This document shows, in pieces, positions 1 to 10,620 of a DNA stretch of 64,000 bases. This stretch comes from Cyanobacteriota bacterium (lineage in GTDB: Bacteria > Cyanobacteriota > Cyanobacteriia > Thermostichales > Thermostichaceae): NCBI GenBank assembly GCA_033764955.1, contig JANRIL010000044.1:41944-105943 (forward strand), written 5' to 3'. Numbering within the stretch: position 1 is the first letter of the stretch; every line of letters begins with the position of its first letter. A model generated the notes under the pieces. It saw only the letters and a list, made by a program, of their open reading frames with translations. It did no database searches and had not been told where the DNA came from. The position numbers and the translations under genes were made by a program.

Positions 1-733
<733 letters not shown>

Positions 734-954
734 TCAGGGCTACCTTTGATTTAAGCAGGACAAGGGATCCCTAGTTGCTCTATTTTGCCCATCTCAATCT
801 GGAGCAAGGGGGCTAGAGCGCAGACAACATCCTGCTCGGTCTGGCTGATTGCCTACGATCCCATGAGTCCCCACCGTTGAGGGTCTTCAGTCACTACGGA
901 GACAGTCAGGGGAATGTGACTAGGGAAGGGATCCCTTGATAACGCTTATCATGA

Positions 955-972
955 GAGGTAACAAAATGTAAC
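955..972 (-). promoter_or_regulatory. HLR1-like (RpaB) direct repeat in pgm/hydrolase intergenic region
   Basis: Minus strand GTTACATT-TT-GTTACCTC resembles (G/T)TTACA(T/A)(T/A)-N2 repeat. Confidence 0.45.
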
Positions 973-1006
973 AGACCTCCCACGTATTCTTTTCTCAGGA
1001 GCATTT

Positions 1007-1894
1007 GTGCTGACTGCTTCCCCACCCCTTGATCGTTTGACCTGGACATGGCAGGGTTACCCCATTCAATACACCGTGATGGGATCCGGTCAGCCGCTGC
1101 TGTTGATTCATGGCTTTGGCGCTTCTATTGGGCATTGGCGTCAGAATATTCCGGTGCTAGCGGAGGCAGGCTATCAGGTCTGGGCGATTGACCTGTTGGG
1201 GTTTGGCGGTTCAGGGAAACCTCCGATTGCCTACAGCCTATCCGTCTGGCAGGAGATGCTCAAGGATTTTTGGCAGCAGCACATGCAAAAACCCACTATC
1301 TTTGTGGGCAACTCAATTGGAGGGCTGCTCAGCTTGATGATGGTGGCGGATCATCCTGACTTGGCGGCGGGAGCGATCTTGCTCAACTGTGCGGGCGGAC
1401 TCAATCATCGCGCCGACGAACTCAACCCTTTTCTTGCCCTGATCATGGCTAGCTTTACCCGCCTGGTGGCAACGCCGATCATCGGGGAATGGCTGTTTGA
1501 GCAGATTCGGCAAAAATCACGGATTCGTAGCACCTTGCAGCAGGTTTATTGCCATCCGGCGGCGATCACCGATGAGTTGGTGGATTTGCTCTATCAACCC
1601 GCCTGTGATGTAGGGGCACAAAAGGTGTTTGCCTCGATTTTGACGGCTCCGGCAGGCCCCCGCCCAGAAGAACTGTTGCCTAAGCTGCGCCATCCCCTGC
1701 TGGTGTTGTGGGGAGAAGGGGATCCCTGGACACCTATTCAACGGGGCAAAACTTTTGAACAGTATGTTTCGAATCTCGATTATCAATTCATCGGCATTCC
1801 TGAGACCGGACATTGCCCCCATGATGAGCGCCCGGAGTTGGTGAACCGCTTAATGCTCGATTGGCTCGACCAACGGTTCTCTAGGCAAAACTAG
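1007..1894 (+). CDS. Alpha/beta fold hydrolase
   Basis: HGFGAS oxyanion motif, GNSIGG nucleophile elbow, GHCPHDE catalytic His; GTG start with AGGAG upstream. Confidence 0.9.
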   Translation: MLTASPPLDRLTWTWQGYPIQYTVMGSGQPLLLIHGFGASIGHWRQNIPVLAEAGYQVWAIDLLGFGGSGKPPIAYSLSVWQEMLKDFWQQHMQKPTIFVGNSIGGLLSLMMVADHPDLAAGAILLNCAGGLNHRADELNPFLALIMASFTRLVATPIIGEWLFEQIRQKSRIRSTLQQVYCHPAAITDELVDLLYQPACDVGAQKVFASILTAPAGPRPEELLPKLRHPLLVLWGEGDPWTPIQRGKTFEQYVSNLDYQFIGIPETGHCPHDERPELVNRLMLDWLDQRFSRQN

Positions 1895-1910
1895 CCGGGA
1901 TCCCTTTTGT

Positions 1911-4100
1911 CTAGCGGTTCCCCCAACGCAGCACTCCCCATAGATTTGAGTAGTCATCCGTCCAGAGGGGATCCGTGGGCTGAGGGGTTAATCGCTGCCA
2001 GCGGGAGTCGGAGGCCAGCCTCGCCAAATCAGCATCCTCAGGACTTGCCATCACCACCCATTCGGAGGGCAAGTGACCGTTTTGCTGGGCGACAAGCGGC
2101 AGGGATAGATCCCCCTGGTGCCAAGCCCATAGGTTTTCTTGGGCGGCCAGTCTCGCCAGGAGGGGAGCAAGCTCTAAATAGCGATTGGTGATATTGAAGA
2201 TCAGCCACCCGTGGGGATTGAGGTGGGCTTGATAGATCTGGAGGGCTTCGTGGGTGAGCAAATGCACCGGCACGGCATCGGAACTAAAGGCATCCAAGAC
2301 AATCCAGTCATAGTGGGTGGTGCTGGCCTCCAGGCTCAATCGTCCATCCCCTACAATCACCTCGACCGCCGCCTCGGCCTGAGATAGATAGGGAAAATAG
2401 TGGCGGGCAAGCTCTTCGACCAGCGGGTCAATCTCAAAAAACGTCCAGGATTGCTGGGGGGTGGCATAGGCCATGAGGGTACCAATTCCCAAGCCCAAGA
2501 CCCCTATCGTTGTTAGGGATCCCTGGGGGCGAGCCGCAAACAGTTGCCCGACGGGGCCAGCTTGCGTGAAATAGGTGAGGGGTAGGGTGGGCTGATCCAG
2601 ATTGACCATGCCGTGTAAAGTCGTGCCATGCAAGAGTCGCCGCCAACGGGGAGTGGGGGAGGCGGAGTCAGCAGGTTGTGCACTTTCTACCACCCGATAT
2701 AGCCCAAAGAAACTGCGTTGGCTGTCTACCACCTCGGCACTCAAGCCGATCAGGGGTTGACTGAGCAGCAGCAGCAACAGGCCAGCACCGATCGCCTGTG
2801 CCCAGCGCGGTATCCTCAACACCTGGCTGATCCCCCAGCCCAGACCGATCACCAGTAAGCGTCCGATCCATCCCTGTTGCCACGAACTGGGATCCCAACC
2901 CAGCAGTAAAACGGGTACCAGCAACCCCAAGCTGAGGGGAGGGATCCCTCGCCAGAACCTAGGGATCGCTGACCACCCGGATAACAACAAGACGGATAGC
3001 AGCAGGGCAAAGGGATATTCCACCACACTGTTGAACAGTAAAGGGGCAACAATCGCGTTGAAGATCCCCCCCACCCCCCCGCCCAGGGCAATCCAGAGAT
3101 AAAATTCGGTCAGATAGGTGGCAGAGGGGCGCAGGCGAGCCAGTTGCGCGTGGGCATTCCAGGTGGCCACCCCAAAGGTGAGCAAATGCAGTGGCAACAG
3201 CAGCCCAGCCGGACGGACGATATTCAAAACTTGCGCCCCCAGTACGAGCGTCACCAAGCCGGGGAGGATGCCTGTCCAGATCGCTGACGGCCAGTGGGGA
3301 TCCCGCCCAAACACCGCCATAAAGGTTGCCAGATAGAGGGCAAGCGGAATTGCCCACAGCAGGGGAATCGCGGCAATATCGGTGGTTAGATAAGTGGTGA
3401 CCCCCAGCAACAAACTGGAGGGAATCGCCGCCAAAATCCCCCAGCGCCAGCGCTCCCGCCAAGTGGGTGGAGGCGAGGGATCCCCTTCTCCCGCCGGATC
3501 TTTCTCCTGATCGGCACGAGCCGGGGATCCCTTCAGGTTCAACATCATCACACCAATGCCCAGCGCCAGCAGTCCATAACCCCAACTCCAAAGGGAGCGT
3601 TGCTGCGTGAGAGAGAGCAGAGGTTCCAAAAGCAAGGGATAGCCCAACAATCCCAACAGACTGCCCGCATTGCTGGCCACATAGAGAAAATAGGGATCCC
3701 GACTGGGGGCATGGAGGCTAAACCACCGTTGGAAGAGAGGCGCTGTGATAGCCAAACAAACAAAGGGGAGTCCGACGGTCAAAGTCAGCACCGCCAATAA
3801 CCAGAGAATGGGTTGATCGATCGATAAAACGGGGAAGCGCAGTCCAATCGGTAAACTCAGAGCGGCCAAACCCCAGAACAGCAGGTAACCGATCCGTTGT
3901 TGAGCAAAGCTTCTCCATTGACTCAGCCAATTTGCATAGCTATAGCCCAGCAGCAACGCCATTTGAAAAAAGAGGAGGCAGGTATTCCAGACGGCTGGGG
4001 ATCCCCCCAAGAGAGGCAAAACCAGCTTGCCCACCATCAACTGCACCCAAAACAGCAAAAAGGCACTGAAAAAAACAAGACCAGAAACGAGAATTAGCAA
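1911..4100 (-). CDS. Fused multi-TM / spermidine-synthase-like SAM-dependent methyltransferase
   Basis: ~13 hydrophobic helices, then LHGTTLHG, VLGLGIG, FEIDP, GDGR, VLDAFSSDAVPVHL, WTDDYSN. Confidence 0.85.
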   Translation of the reverse strand: MLILVSGLVFFSAFLLFWVQLMVGKLVLPLLGGSPAVWNTCLLFFQMALLLGYSYANWLSQWRSFAQQRIGYLLFWGLAALSLPIGLRFPVLSIDQPILWLLAVLTLTVGLPFVCLAITAPLFQRWFSLHAPSRDPYFLYVASNAGSLLGLLGYPLLLEPLLSLTQQRSLWSWGYGLLALGIGVMMLNLKGSPARADQEKDPAGEGDPSPPPTWRERWRWGILAAIPSSLLLGVTTYLTTDIAAIPLLWAIPLALYLATFMAVFGRDPHWPSAIWTGILPGLVTLVLGAQVLNIVRPAGLLLPLHLLTFGVATWNAHAQLARLRPSATYLTEFYLWIALGGGVGGIFNAIVAPLLFNSVVEYPFALLLSVLLLSGWSAIPRFWRGIPPLSLGLLVPVLLLGWDPSSWQQGWIGRLLVIGLGWGISQVLRIPRWAQAIGAGLLLLLLSQPLIGLSAEVVDSQRSFFGLYRVVESAQPADSASPTPRWRRLLHGTTLHGMVNLDQPTLPLTYFTQAGPVGQLFAARPQGSLTTIGVLGLGIGTLMAYATPQQSWTFFEIDPLVEELARHYFPYLSQAEAAVEVIVGDGRLSLEASTTHYDWIVLDAFSSDAVPVHLLTHEALQIYQAHLNPHGWLIFNITNRYLELAPLLARLAAQENLWAWHQGDLSLPLVAQQNGHLPSEWVVMASPEDADLARLASDSRWQRLTPQPTDPLWTDDYSNLWGVLRWGNR

Positions 4101-4277
4101 AGCAAGCTAGGCTCCAGGTCAAGGGATCCCTGTTTATCTTAGTGATCCTAGTCAGCAAATCCACCCCTTCTCCAGACGGATCTGGCTATTCAATCGAAAC
4201 CGTGGGAGCCTGGGCTGAGTCTAATCACTGATCACAAGTCATTGGCCAATCCACAGTTCTGCACAGAGGAGATGGAC

Positions 4278-5339
4278 ATGGGCAAGCACTTTCCGCCACA
4301 TTTATGGACACTGGTATTCAGCAGCTTGAGCCTGCTATTGCCCGCTTGTCTTGCTCAAGATGCTTCGCTCTCTAAAGTTTTGCCAACCCAGGCAGAGCCC
4401 CTTTCGTTATCCGCCTCTGCTCAATCCACGACCATCTCATCTACCCGTTTGCGACAGGCCGCTCGTTACTCCGCTCGCAAGGGAGGATTATCGATGGTGG
4501 TTTGGCAGGGCAATCGGATCCTTTTTGAGCAATATGAACGGGGCTTTAGTGCCGACAGTGCCCACCCCATCTACAGTGGAACCAAAAGTTTTGTGGGAGT
4601 GCTGGCAATAGCCGCCAGTATGGATGGTCTGCTCAGCTTTGAGGAGTTGGTCTCAGACACGATTCAAGAGTGGCAAGCTGATCCGCAACGGTCTGAGGTG
4701 ACAATTCGCCAACTCTTGCAGTTGATCAGTGGGGTGGATTCTGGAGAACTTGGTCAACCTCCCACCTATGCTGAGGCGATTGCCTATCCGAGTCTGGCGC
4801 AGGCAGGCACAACCTTTGATTATGGGCCTGTTCCTTTTCAGGTATTTGGTGAGTTGATGCGGCGCAAGCTGCTGGCAGAAGGGAAAGATTTGCCCACTTA
4901 CTTGCAGCAACGCATTTTTGACCCTTTGGGCATCACCTGGGCAGATTGGGAAGTGGGGGAGGACGGCTACTGGAATGTATCGTCGGGAGCGGTCATGCAG
5001 CCCCAAGCATGGGGAACCTTTGGCCTGTTGCTGCTGGGGCAAGGGGAATGGCAGGGGGAGACGATTTTGGATGCTCAGCTCTTGGCCAGTAGTTGGCAAG
5101 GGACGGATCCCAATCCTGGCTATGGCACCACATTTTGGTTAAATGCCCCAGGCATCCTACCCGATGATCAACCGGGGAACCCGATAGGGGCGGGGCCAAG
5201 CGACACGGTGATGGCCGCCGGAGCCGCCGGACAACGGCTTTATGTGATCCCTTCCCAGGATGTGGTGATCGTCAGGCAGGGCTTGGCGTTGCGAGGGGAG
5301 TTTGTGGACGCTGATTTTTTAAGAATTTTATTTCCCTAG
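4278..5339 (+). CDS. Secreted serine hydrolase, beta-lactamase/AmpC family
   Basis: SGTK (SxxK), FDYG, AAGAAGQRLYVIPS; signal peptide; GAGGAG RBS favours ATG 4278. Confidence 0.85.
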   Translation: MGKHFPPHLWTLVFSSLSLLLPACLAQDASLSKVLPTQAEPLSLSASAQSTTISSTRLRQAARYSARKGGLSMVVWQGNRILFEQYERGFSADSAHPIYSGTKSFVGVLAIAASMDGLLSFEELVSDTIQEWQADPQRSEVTIRQLLQLISGVDSGELGQPPTYAEAIAYPSLAQAGTTFDYGPVPFQVFGELMRRKLLAEGKDLPTYLQQRIFDPLGITWADWEVGEDGYWNVSSGAVMQPQAWGTFGLLLLGQGEWQGETILDAQLLASSWQGTDPNPGYGTTFWLNAPGILPDDQPGNPIGAGPSDTVMAAGAAGQRLYVIPSQDVVIVRQGLALRGEFVDADFLRILFP

Positions 5340-5363
5340 AAAAATGGTTCTTTATCCGAATCC

Positions 5364-5825
5364 TTACTGCCATTCGGGCTTGAGGGTGGCAAAGTTTCCT
5401 TGGTCTGTTCCCAGATGACAATCAACACAACTGGTCACCCGCACGGGGCGAGGAAAATCCACTTGCAGATGCAGGGCTTTGAAATAGCGAGAGTCTGCCA
5501 ACCGGAAGGGAACCGACTCCCGCGTCAGCAACGATTTTGAGTTTTGTTTCAGGTAGTTCCAGGCCAATTGCAGAGGGACACCCGTGGGTAAGGGAATCTG
5601 CTGTCCATAGTGATTGTTATCCAAGAGCAGGCGTTGCCAGGTTTGGCTGGGCATGACTTCGGCGGGCAAAGCCAGATGGCAGCTGCCACAGGCTTGCACA
5701 TAATTACTTTGCTCGATTTGGGCTTGGGTCAGGGAGGACTGGGCAGCAACCTGCCAACCCAAGAGTAGCGAGATAGCCAGGATCCCGATTCCGATCCTCA
5801 AGCGATAGTGGCGGTAGGGTCGCAT
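5364..5825 (-). CDS. Diheme cytochrome c (DHC family)
   Basis: Signal peptide; CGSCH and CVDCH heme motifs; HYG motif. Confidence 0.85.
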   Translation of the reverse strand: MRPYRHYRLRIGIGILAISLLLGWQVAAQSSLTQAQIEQSNYVQACGSCHLALPAEVMPSQTWQRLLLDNNHYGQQIPLPTGVPLQLAWNYLKQNSKSLLTRESVPFRLADSRYFKALHLQVDFPRPVRVTSCVDCHLGTDQGNFATLKPEWQ

Positions 5826-5933
5826 GGCTAGTCTCTCCTTGGTTTGGTAAGCCTGTCATCCATCATCCACCCCTTTAGACGGACTGGCTTTTGACGATAG
5901 TTCCTCTCCCCCACTCAGGTGGCATTGGGGAAG

Positions 5934-7154
5934 CTAGGGGCTAGGGGATCCCTCGACCATCACCGGAACGGCAGAATTGAGGGTGGTGCCATTGCCCAGT
6001 TGTCCAGACAGGTTATATCCCCAGCAACGGGCGGTTTGATCGGTGAGCAAAGCACAGCTATGCCCCTCTCCCAAACTGAGGGCAATCGCGGGGGGCAAGC
6101 CCTTAACCGTGACAGGAATCGGGGAGCTTTGGGTGGTACCATCCCCCAACTGACCTAAAATATTGGCTCCCCAACACTTTACCGCCCCACCTGCCACCAC
6201 CGCACAGGCATGGTAACTGCCCGCTGCAATCGCCTGAGCCTCGCCGATCCCATTCACAAAAACGGCTGCCCCCGGCACATCCAGGGATCCATTGCCCAGT
6301 TGCCCAAAATCATCCACCCCCCAGCACCGCACCCGCCCATCCCGCAAGAGGGCGCAGGTGAACCGGTTTCCCGCCGCCAATCCCTGCCCATTCACGACCC
6401 CTTGCATCGGTATCGGCTGATAGGATCCCGAACCCAAGCCAAAATCTCCCCAACAACTGACCCCTCCGGTTGGCAACAAGCCACAGGTATGGACAGCCCC
6501 CGCCGCCACCCCCACCACCGCCCCCAGATGGCGTACCGCCACGGGCTGAGCCGCCGCCGTCCCCGCATCTACAATCGTGCCCACCTGCCCTAACAGATTG
6601 GATCCCTGGCAATAGATGGCGGGTGGCTGCGACAAAAAACAGGCATGATGTCGCCCCAGCGAGATGGACTGGACGGGATCCCCCAGAGGGACGGCGGTGG
6701 GTTGAGGGGTATGAACGGCGCTCACCTCCCCAGAGGGCAACCTATCGGATCCCCAGCAAACAGCCTGCCCGGTTGCACGCAAGGCACAGGTTTGGGATCC
6801 CTCAGCGGCGATGCCAATCACCTGACCCACCCCTGCCACCCGCACCGGACGTAAAACGGGCTGCTGAGCAGACAAGCCCAACTGCCCCTGTTGATGGGAT
6901 CCCCAACAAAACACCTCTCCCCCCACCGACACGCCACAGGTGTGCTGTCCGCCCGCTGCAATCGCCTTGAAGGTCAAGCTCTCAGCAGAATAGCTGGCTT
7001 GACCACCCACCGACTGACTGAGCAGCAGAAAACCCACACCGCCCCATAGCCAGCCATAGGGATCCCGCCACCCCAAAATAGGCCGCAGAGAATTTCTGCC
7101 CGCCAGGGCTGAGCTAGTCAATCTAGAAAAAAAGAACCCAAACAAATCAGGCAA
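5934..7154 (-). CDS. RCC1/BLIP-II repeat beta-propeller protein
   Basis: Repeated AAGxxHTC...GxVxCWGxNxxGQLG units; start codon uncertain. Confidence 0.85.
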   Translation of the reverse strand: MPDLFGFFFSRLTSSALAGRNSLRPILGWRDPYGWLWGGVGFLLLSQSVGGQASYSAESLTFKAIAAGGQHTCGVSVGGEVFCWGSHQQGQLGLSAQQPVLRPVRVAGVGQVIGIAAEGSQTCALRATGQAVCWGSDRLPSGEVSAVHTPQPTAVPLGDPVQSISLGRHHACFLSQPPAIYCQGSNLLGQVGTIVDAGTAAAQPVAVRHLGAVVGVAAGAVHTCGLLPTGGVSCWGDFGLGSGSYQPIPMQGVVNGQGLAAGNRFTCALLRDGRVRCWGVDDFGQLGNGSLDVPGAAVFVNGIGEAQAIAAGSYHACAVVAGGAVKCWGANILGQLGDGTTQSSPIPVTVKGLPPAIALSLGEGHSCALLTDQTARCWGYNLSGQLGNGTTLNSAVPVMVEGSPSP

Positions 7155-7178
7155 GGGAATTGTTCAAATCAATGACCA

Positions 7179-8300
7179 CTAGAACTCCGTCTGGGCAGAG
7201 TCCAGCAGCGATTGTAACTGATCGAGGGCTTCCTGGGCAGATTGAGCCTGCTCCGAAAGGGACTGTACTACCTGGGTGCTGGATTGAGCTGCCGTCACGG
7301 TACTGCTACTCTTGCGTTGAATCCGATCCGCCAATCCCCGAATTCGGCTACTGGCTTCTGTGGTGCGCCCTGCTAATTTACGAATTTCTTGGGCAATGGC
7401 GCCAAAGCCCCCGACCGAACTACCGGAACGATTGGCTTCCACGGCGGCGTTAAAGGAGAGCAGGCGGATGTATCCGGCCACTTCCACAATCAAGTCAGCG
7501 ATGGTGTTGATTTCCCGTAACTCCGTTTGCAGATCTTGACTACTGCGGGAGATTTCTTCCGCCAGACTCCGCACGGCTTCCACCCCTTCAAACGTGGCCG
7601 CAAAGGTGGATCGCCCTTTTTGCGAAAGCAGTGTACTGATATCCAAAATGCGCGAGTTGAGCATCGCCAACTCTTCAGAACGAGCTTGAGCCGCCTGTCG
7701 CTCCACTTCCAGCGCCAGATTTTGTGCCAAAATTTCCGACTGCTGCCGCTCTAGATCCTGGGCATAGCGTTGACTGCGTACCCGTTCCTTTTCCAAAACC
7801 ACCATCACCTGCTTCATATTGTCTTGCTGCTCTTCAATCTTGCGCTTGGTTGCCAGGTGGACTTGTGCTTGTGCCACCAATAAAATGGGCAGATCCAGGA
7901 GGCGATAGTCATTGGGGGCATATTCCACCACAACGGGGTCATAGATTGTTTCTTCGGGGCGCTGAAAAGCCAGAGTGGAGGCATCCACAACATTGCTCTC
8001 CCCTGGCAACAAGATAAAGTCCCGTTGGTGATATTCAATCATTGAGCTAATCGGACGCTTCAGAAACACATCCAGACCATAGGGGCGACTGAGCATCCAC
8101 TCCAAGATGGCTCGCCGCGTCAACATCCCCAACAGCTCGCCATCCCGCAGCACCACCACTCCACAGAGTTTGTTGTCGTCCTCAAGGCGGCGGACGACGT
8201 TTTCACAGGGAGTCTCCTCCGTCACCTGAAAATCGATTAAATCGAGGTCTTTGAGCTTGGCATCGGTGGAGAGTTCGTTCATGGTTACAACGGTTGTCAT
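7179..8300 (-). CDS. Soluble CBS-domain + methyl-accepting chemotaxis signalling domain protein
   Basis: N-terminal CBS-like GVVVLRDGELLGMLTR; coiled coil; MCP tip LLSFNAAVEANR...GFGAIAQEIRKLA; no TM. Confidence 0.8.
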   Translation of the reverse strand: MTTVVTMNELSTDAKLKDLDLIDFQVTEETPCENVVRRLEDDNKLCGVVVLRDGELLGMLTRRAILEWMLSRPYGLDVFLKRPISSMIEYHQRDFILLPGESNVVDASTLAFQRPEETIYDPVVVEYAPNDYRLLDLPILLVAQAQVHLATKRKIEEQQDNMKQVMVVLEKERVRSQRYAQDLERQQSEILAQNLALEVERQAAQARSEELAMLNSRILDISTLLSQKGRSTFAATFEGVEAVRSLAEEISRSSQDLQTELREINTIADLIVEVAGYIRLLSFNAAVEANRSGSSVGGFGAIAQEIRKLAGRTTEASSRIRGLADRIQRKSSSTVTAAQSSTQVVQSLSEQAQSAQEALDQLQSLLDSAQTEF

Positions 8301-8771
8301 AAGAGTACCTCTATGGAAAAGCCCTGCTCTGACCGCTCAAGTTAGTATTAGCTCAAGATCTACCTCTAAGAACCGGGAAATTTAGGCCACAGCTACCCCC
8401 AATCTCCTTCTCCCTATTTTTAGAAGCCTATGCAGACTGAGAGGCTTCATTCTAGGAGGTAGACAATAGGAGTTGGACAGAGGATGGCTAACAAAAATGA
8501 TGGGCAGTAAGGATCCAACCCCTCGGAGCAAGCTTCTCCGTAGTCATTCCTGCCTTATCAGTAAATCTTTTAACTCTTATTTAACACGAAGTCTGAGCGG
8601 CGATAGTTAAGCGGCGCTTAAGGGAAGCCTCAACAAAGGGTTGTCCCCAGAAAATTGTTACTAAAAACCTAGTTTAGGAGGGGAAAGCGGGATCCGGTTC
8701 CCCCACAGCCTGAAGGAGATTTTTCAGATTGTCCAAAGGGGTGTGGACTCGCGATGGTGACCCCTTCAGGG

Positions 8772-9287
8772 TTATTGAGGGGGATCCTGGGTTTCGGCTG
8801 GAGGGGGGGTAGGTCTAGACTGGGATCCCGTCAGCATCGCCTGTAACAACAGCAATCCTACCCCCAGGTTGATGGCTACATCCGCCACATTAAAGACAGG
8901 AAATTGGATGGCAATCACATTCAAGAAATCCACGACGTATCCGGTGGCAAAACGGTCGATGCCGTTGCCCACAGCTCCCGCCAAAATCAGACCATAACCG
9001 ATTTGTTCCCGCCGAGGCAGGGGAAAGCGCAGGGCGAAGATCAGCAACCCCACCGCCACCGCCAACGAGATCCACTTGAGAAAGCCCCCCGACTCCTGAA
9101 ACAGACTCCAGGCAGCTCCCGTATTTTCCACATAGGTGAGGTGAAACACCCCTGGCCACAGTTCGATCTCTGGTCCTGGCAACAACCGTGCCACTGCCCA
9201 CTGCTTGGTGAGGCGATCCAAAAGAATGGCGACAAGCGCCGCCAGCCAAAACCCAGGGTTAGGGAGACGAGTCAATCGGGCAATCAA
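8772..9287 (-). CDS. lspA: Lipoprotein signal peptidase II
   Basis: DRLTK, ENTGAAWS, GAVGNGIDR, VVDFL, FNVAD. Confidence 0.95.
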   Translation of the reverse strand: MIARLTRLPNPGFWLAALVAILLDRLTKQWAVARLLPGPEIELWPGVFHLTYVENTGAAWSLFQESGGFLKWISLAVAVGLLIFALRFPLPRREQIGYGLILAGAVGNGIDRFATGYVVDFLNVIAIQFPVFNVADVAINLGVGLLLLQAMLTGSQSRPTPPPAETQDPPQ

Positions 9288-9363
9288 GGGATCCTCACCA
9301 GCAACAGCACAAACTCAATCGAAGGGCAGCATCATGACTAGCGGATCCCTATCCTAAACCGAG

Positions 9364-10578
9364 CTAGGGGGTTTCGGTTTGTTGCCAAGCCCACTGTGCG
9401 GCCAACCAGACCGTTTGGACGGGAACTTTGGCCTGTCCTGCTAGTTTGGCACAATCCCGAAACTCCGGTTGCCCATTCACAATCTGCCCGTACTGGCGAG
9501 CCACTTTCATCCCCACCTCCCCATAGCGAGTGGAAACCTTGACTATTTCTCGCGCCAGCAGGGTGCGTTGTTGCTGGCAACGGCGGATCCCGAGGGTGGT
9601 GGTTTCGCGGAAGATAATCTGTTCGCACAAGCTGGCACGGTCGGGTGGCACGATCACGCTCAAGAGAGTGGCTGAGCGGCTTTGTTTCATGGTGATAGCT
9701 TGGGTAAACACATCGAGGGCACCCGCTTGAAACAATTGATCAAAGACATAGCCAATGATCTGAGGGTTGAGATCATCAATTTGGGTTTCTAGGAGGGTGA
9801 CGGTTTCCGTCAGATCGAGACCGCTGCTTTCCCCTAGCCATAAGCGAAGAATGTTGGGAATGGCGAATTCTTTGGTGCCGGCTCCCCGCCCGACTTTTTC
9901 CACCCGCAGGGCAGGACAGGGGCCAAAATCACTGGCTAGGGTGACGGCCAGGGCGGCTCCTGTGGGGGTGACCAGTTCCGCTTCAATGCCATTGCTATAG
10001 ACGGGCACACGGGCATCTTCCCAGAGTTGAATGACGGCGGGTACGGGTACGGCCAACTGACCGTGAGCCACCTGCACCCAACCTCCCCCGATCGGATGGG
10101 GAGAGCAGATCAGTTTTTCCACCTTGAGCCAGTCCAACCCCAGGCAGGTGCCAACAATATCTACAATCGCATCCACCGCTCCCACCTCATGAAAATGCAC
10201 CTTGGTGATGGGTTGCTGATGCACTTTGGCTTCCGCTTGCGCCAGTTTATAAAAAACCTCCTGGCTGCGGAGCTTGGCCTGGGGAGGCAGCGTAGCTGAT
10301 TCGATCATCTGGCGAATTTCCGGCCAGTGGCGGGCATGGGGATGGTCATGATGGGATCCCTGGGCATGGGCATGTTCTGACATGACATCGACGAAGACAT
10401 GTTTGGCGGGTTGGCCGCAGCGATGCACATCGCTCACCGTCAGTTGAAATTCTCCGGCTAAGCCTAGGCCGCGCAACTGCTGGGTGAGATAGTCAATCGG
10501 TACTCCACAATCAATTAGCGCCCCCAAGCACATGTCTCCGGCAATGCCTGCTGAGCAATCTAAATAGGCAAGTTTCAT
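9364..10578 (-). CDS. larC: Nickel pincer cofactor biosynthesis nickel insertase
   Basis: DCSAGIAGDM, His-rich insert, VHFHEVGAVDAIVDI, ELVTPTG, ETQIDD, ETTTLGIR. Confidence 0.92.
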   Translation of the reverse strand: MKLAYLDCSAGIAGDMCLGALIDCGVPIDYLTQQLRGLGLAGEFQLTVSDVHRCGQPAKHVFVDVMSEHAHAQGSHHDHPHARHWPEIRQMIESATLPPQAKLRSQEVFYKLAQAEAKVHQQPITKVHFHEVGAVDAIVDIVGTCLGLDWLKVEKLICSPHPIGGGWVQVAHGQLAVPVPAVIQLWEDARVPVYSNGIEAELVTPTGAALAVTLASDFGPCPALRVEKVGRGAGTKEFAIPNILRLWLGESSGLDLTETVTLLETQIDDLNPQIIGYVFDQLFQAGALDVFTQAITMKQSRSATLLSVIVPPDRASLCEQIIFRETTTLGIRRCQQQRTLLAREIVKVSTRYGEVGMKVARQYGQIVNGQPEFRDCAKLAGQAKVPVQTVWLAAQWAWQQTETP

Positions 10579-10620
10579 AAGCTTGAGCGTCTCGATGAGC
10601 TTGTTCTGGCTGTAACCCTA

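Noticed and set aside
6310..6970. Poly-Gly and poly-Pro ORFs
   Set aside because: Alternative frames of the Gly/Val/Ala-rich RCC1-repeat gene
8400..8475. Hairpin GAAGCCT...AGGCTTC upstream of the CBS-MCP gene
   Set aside because: Short stem with no riboswitch or terminator signature
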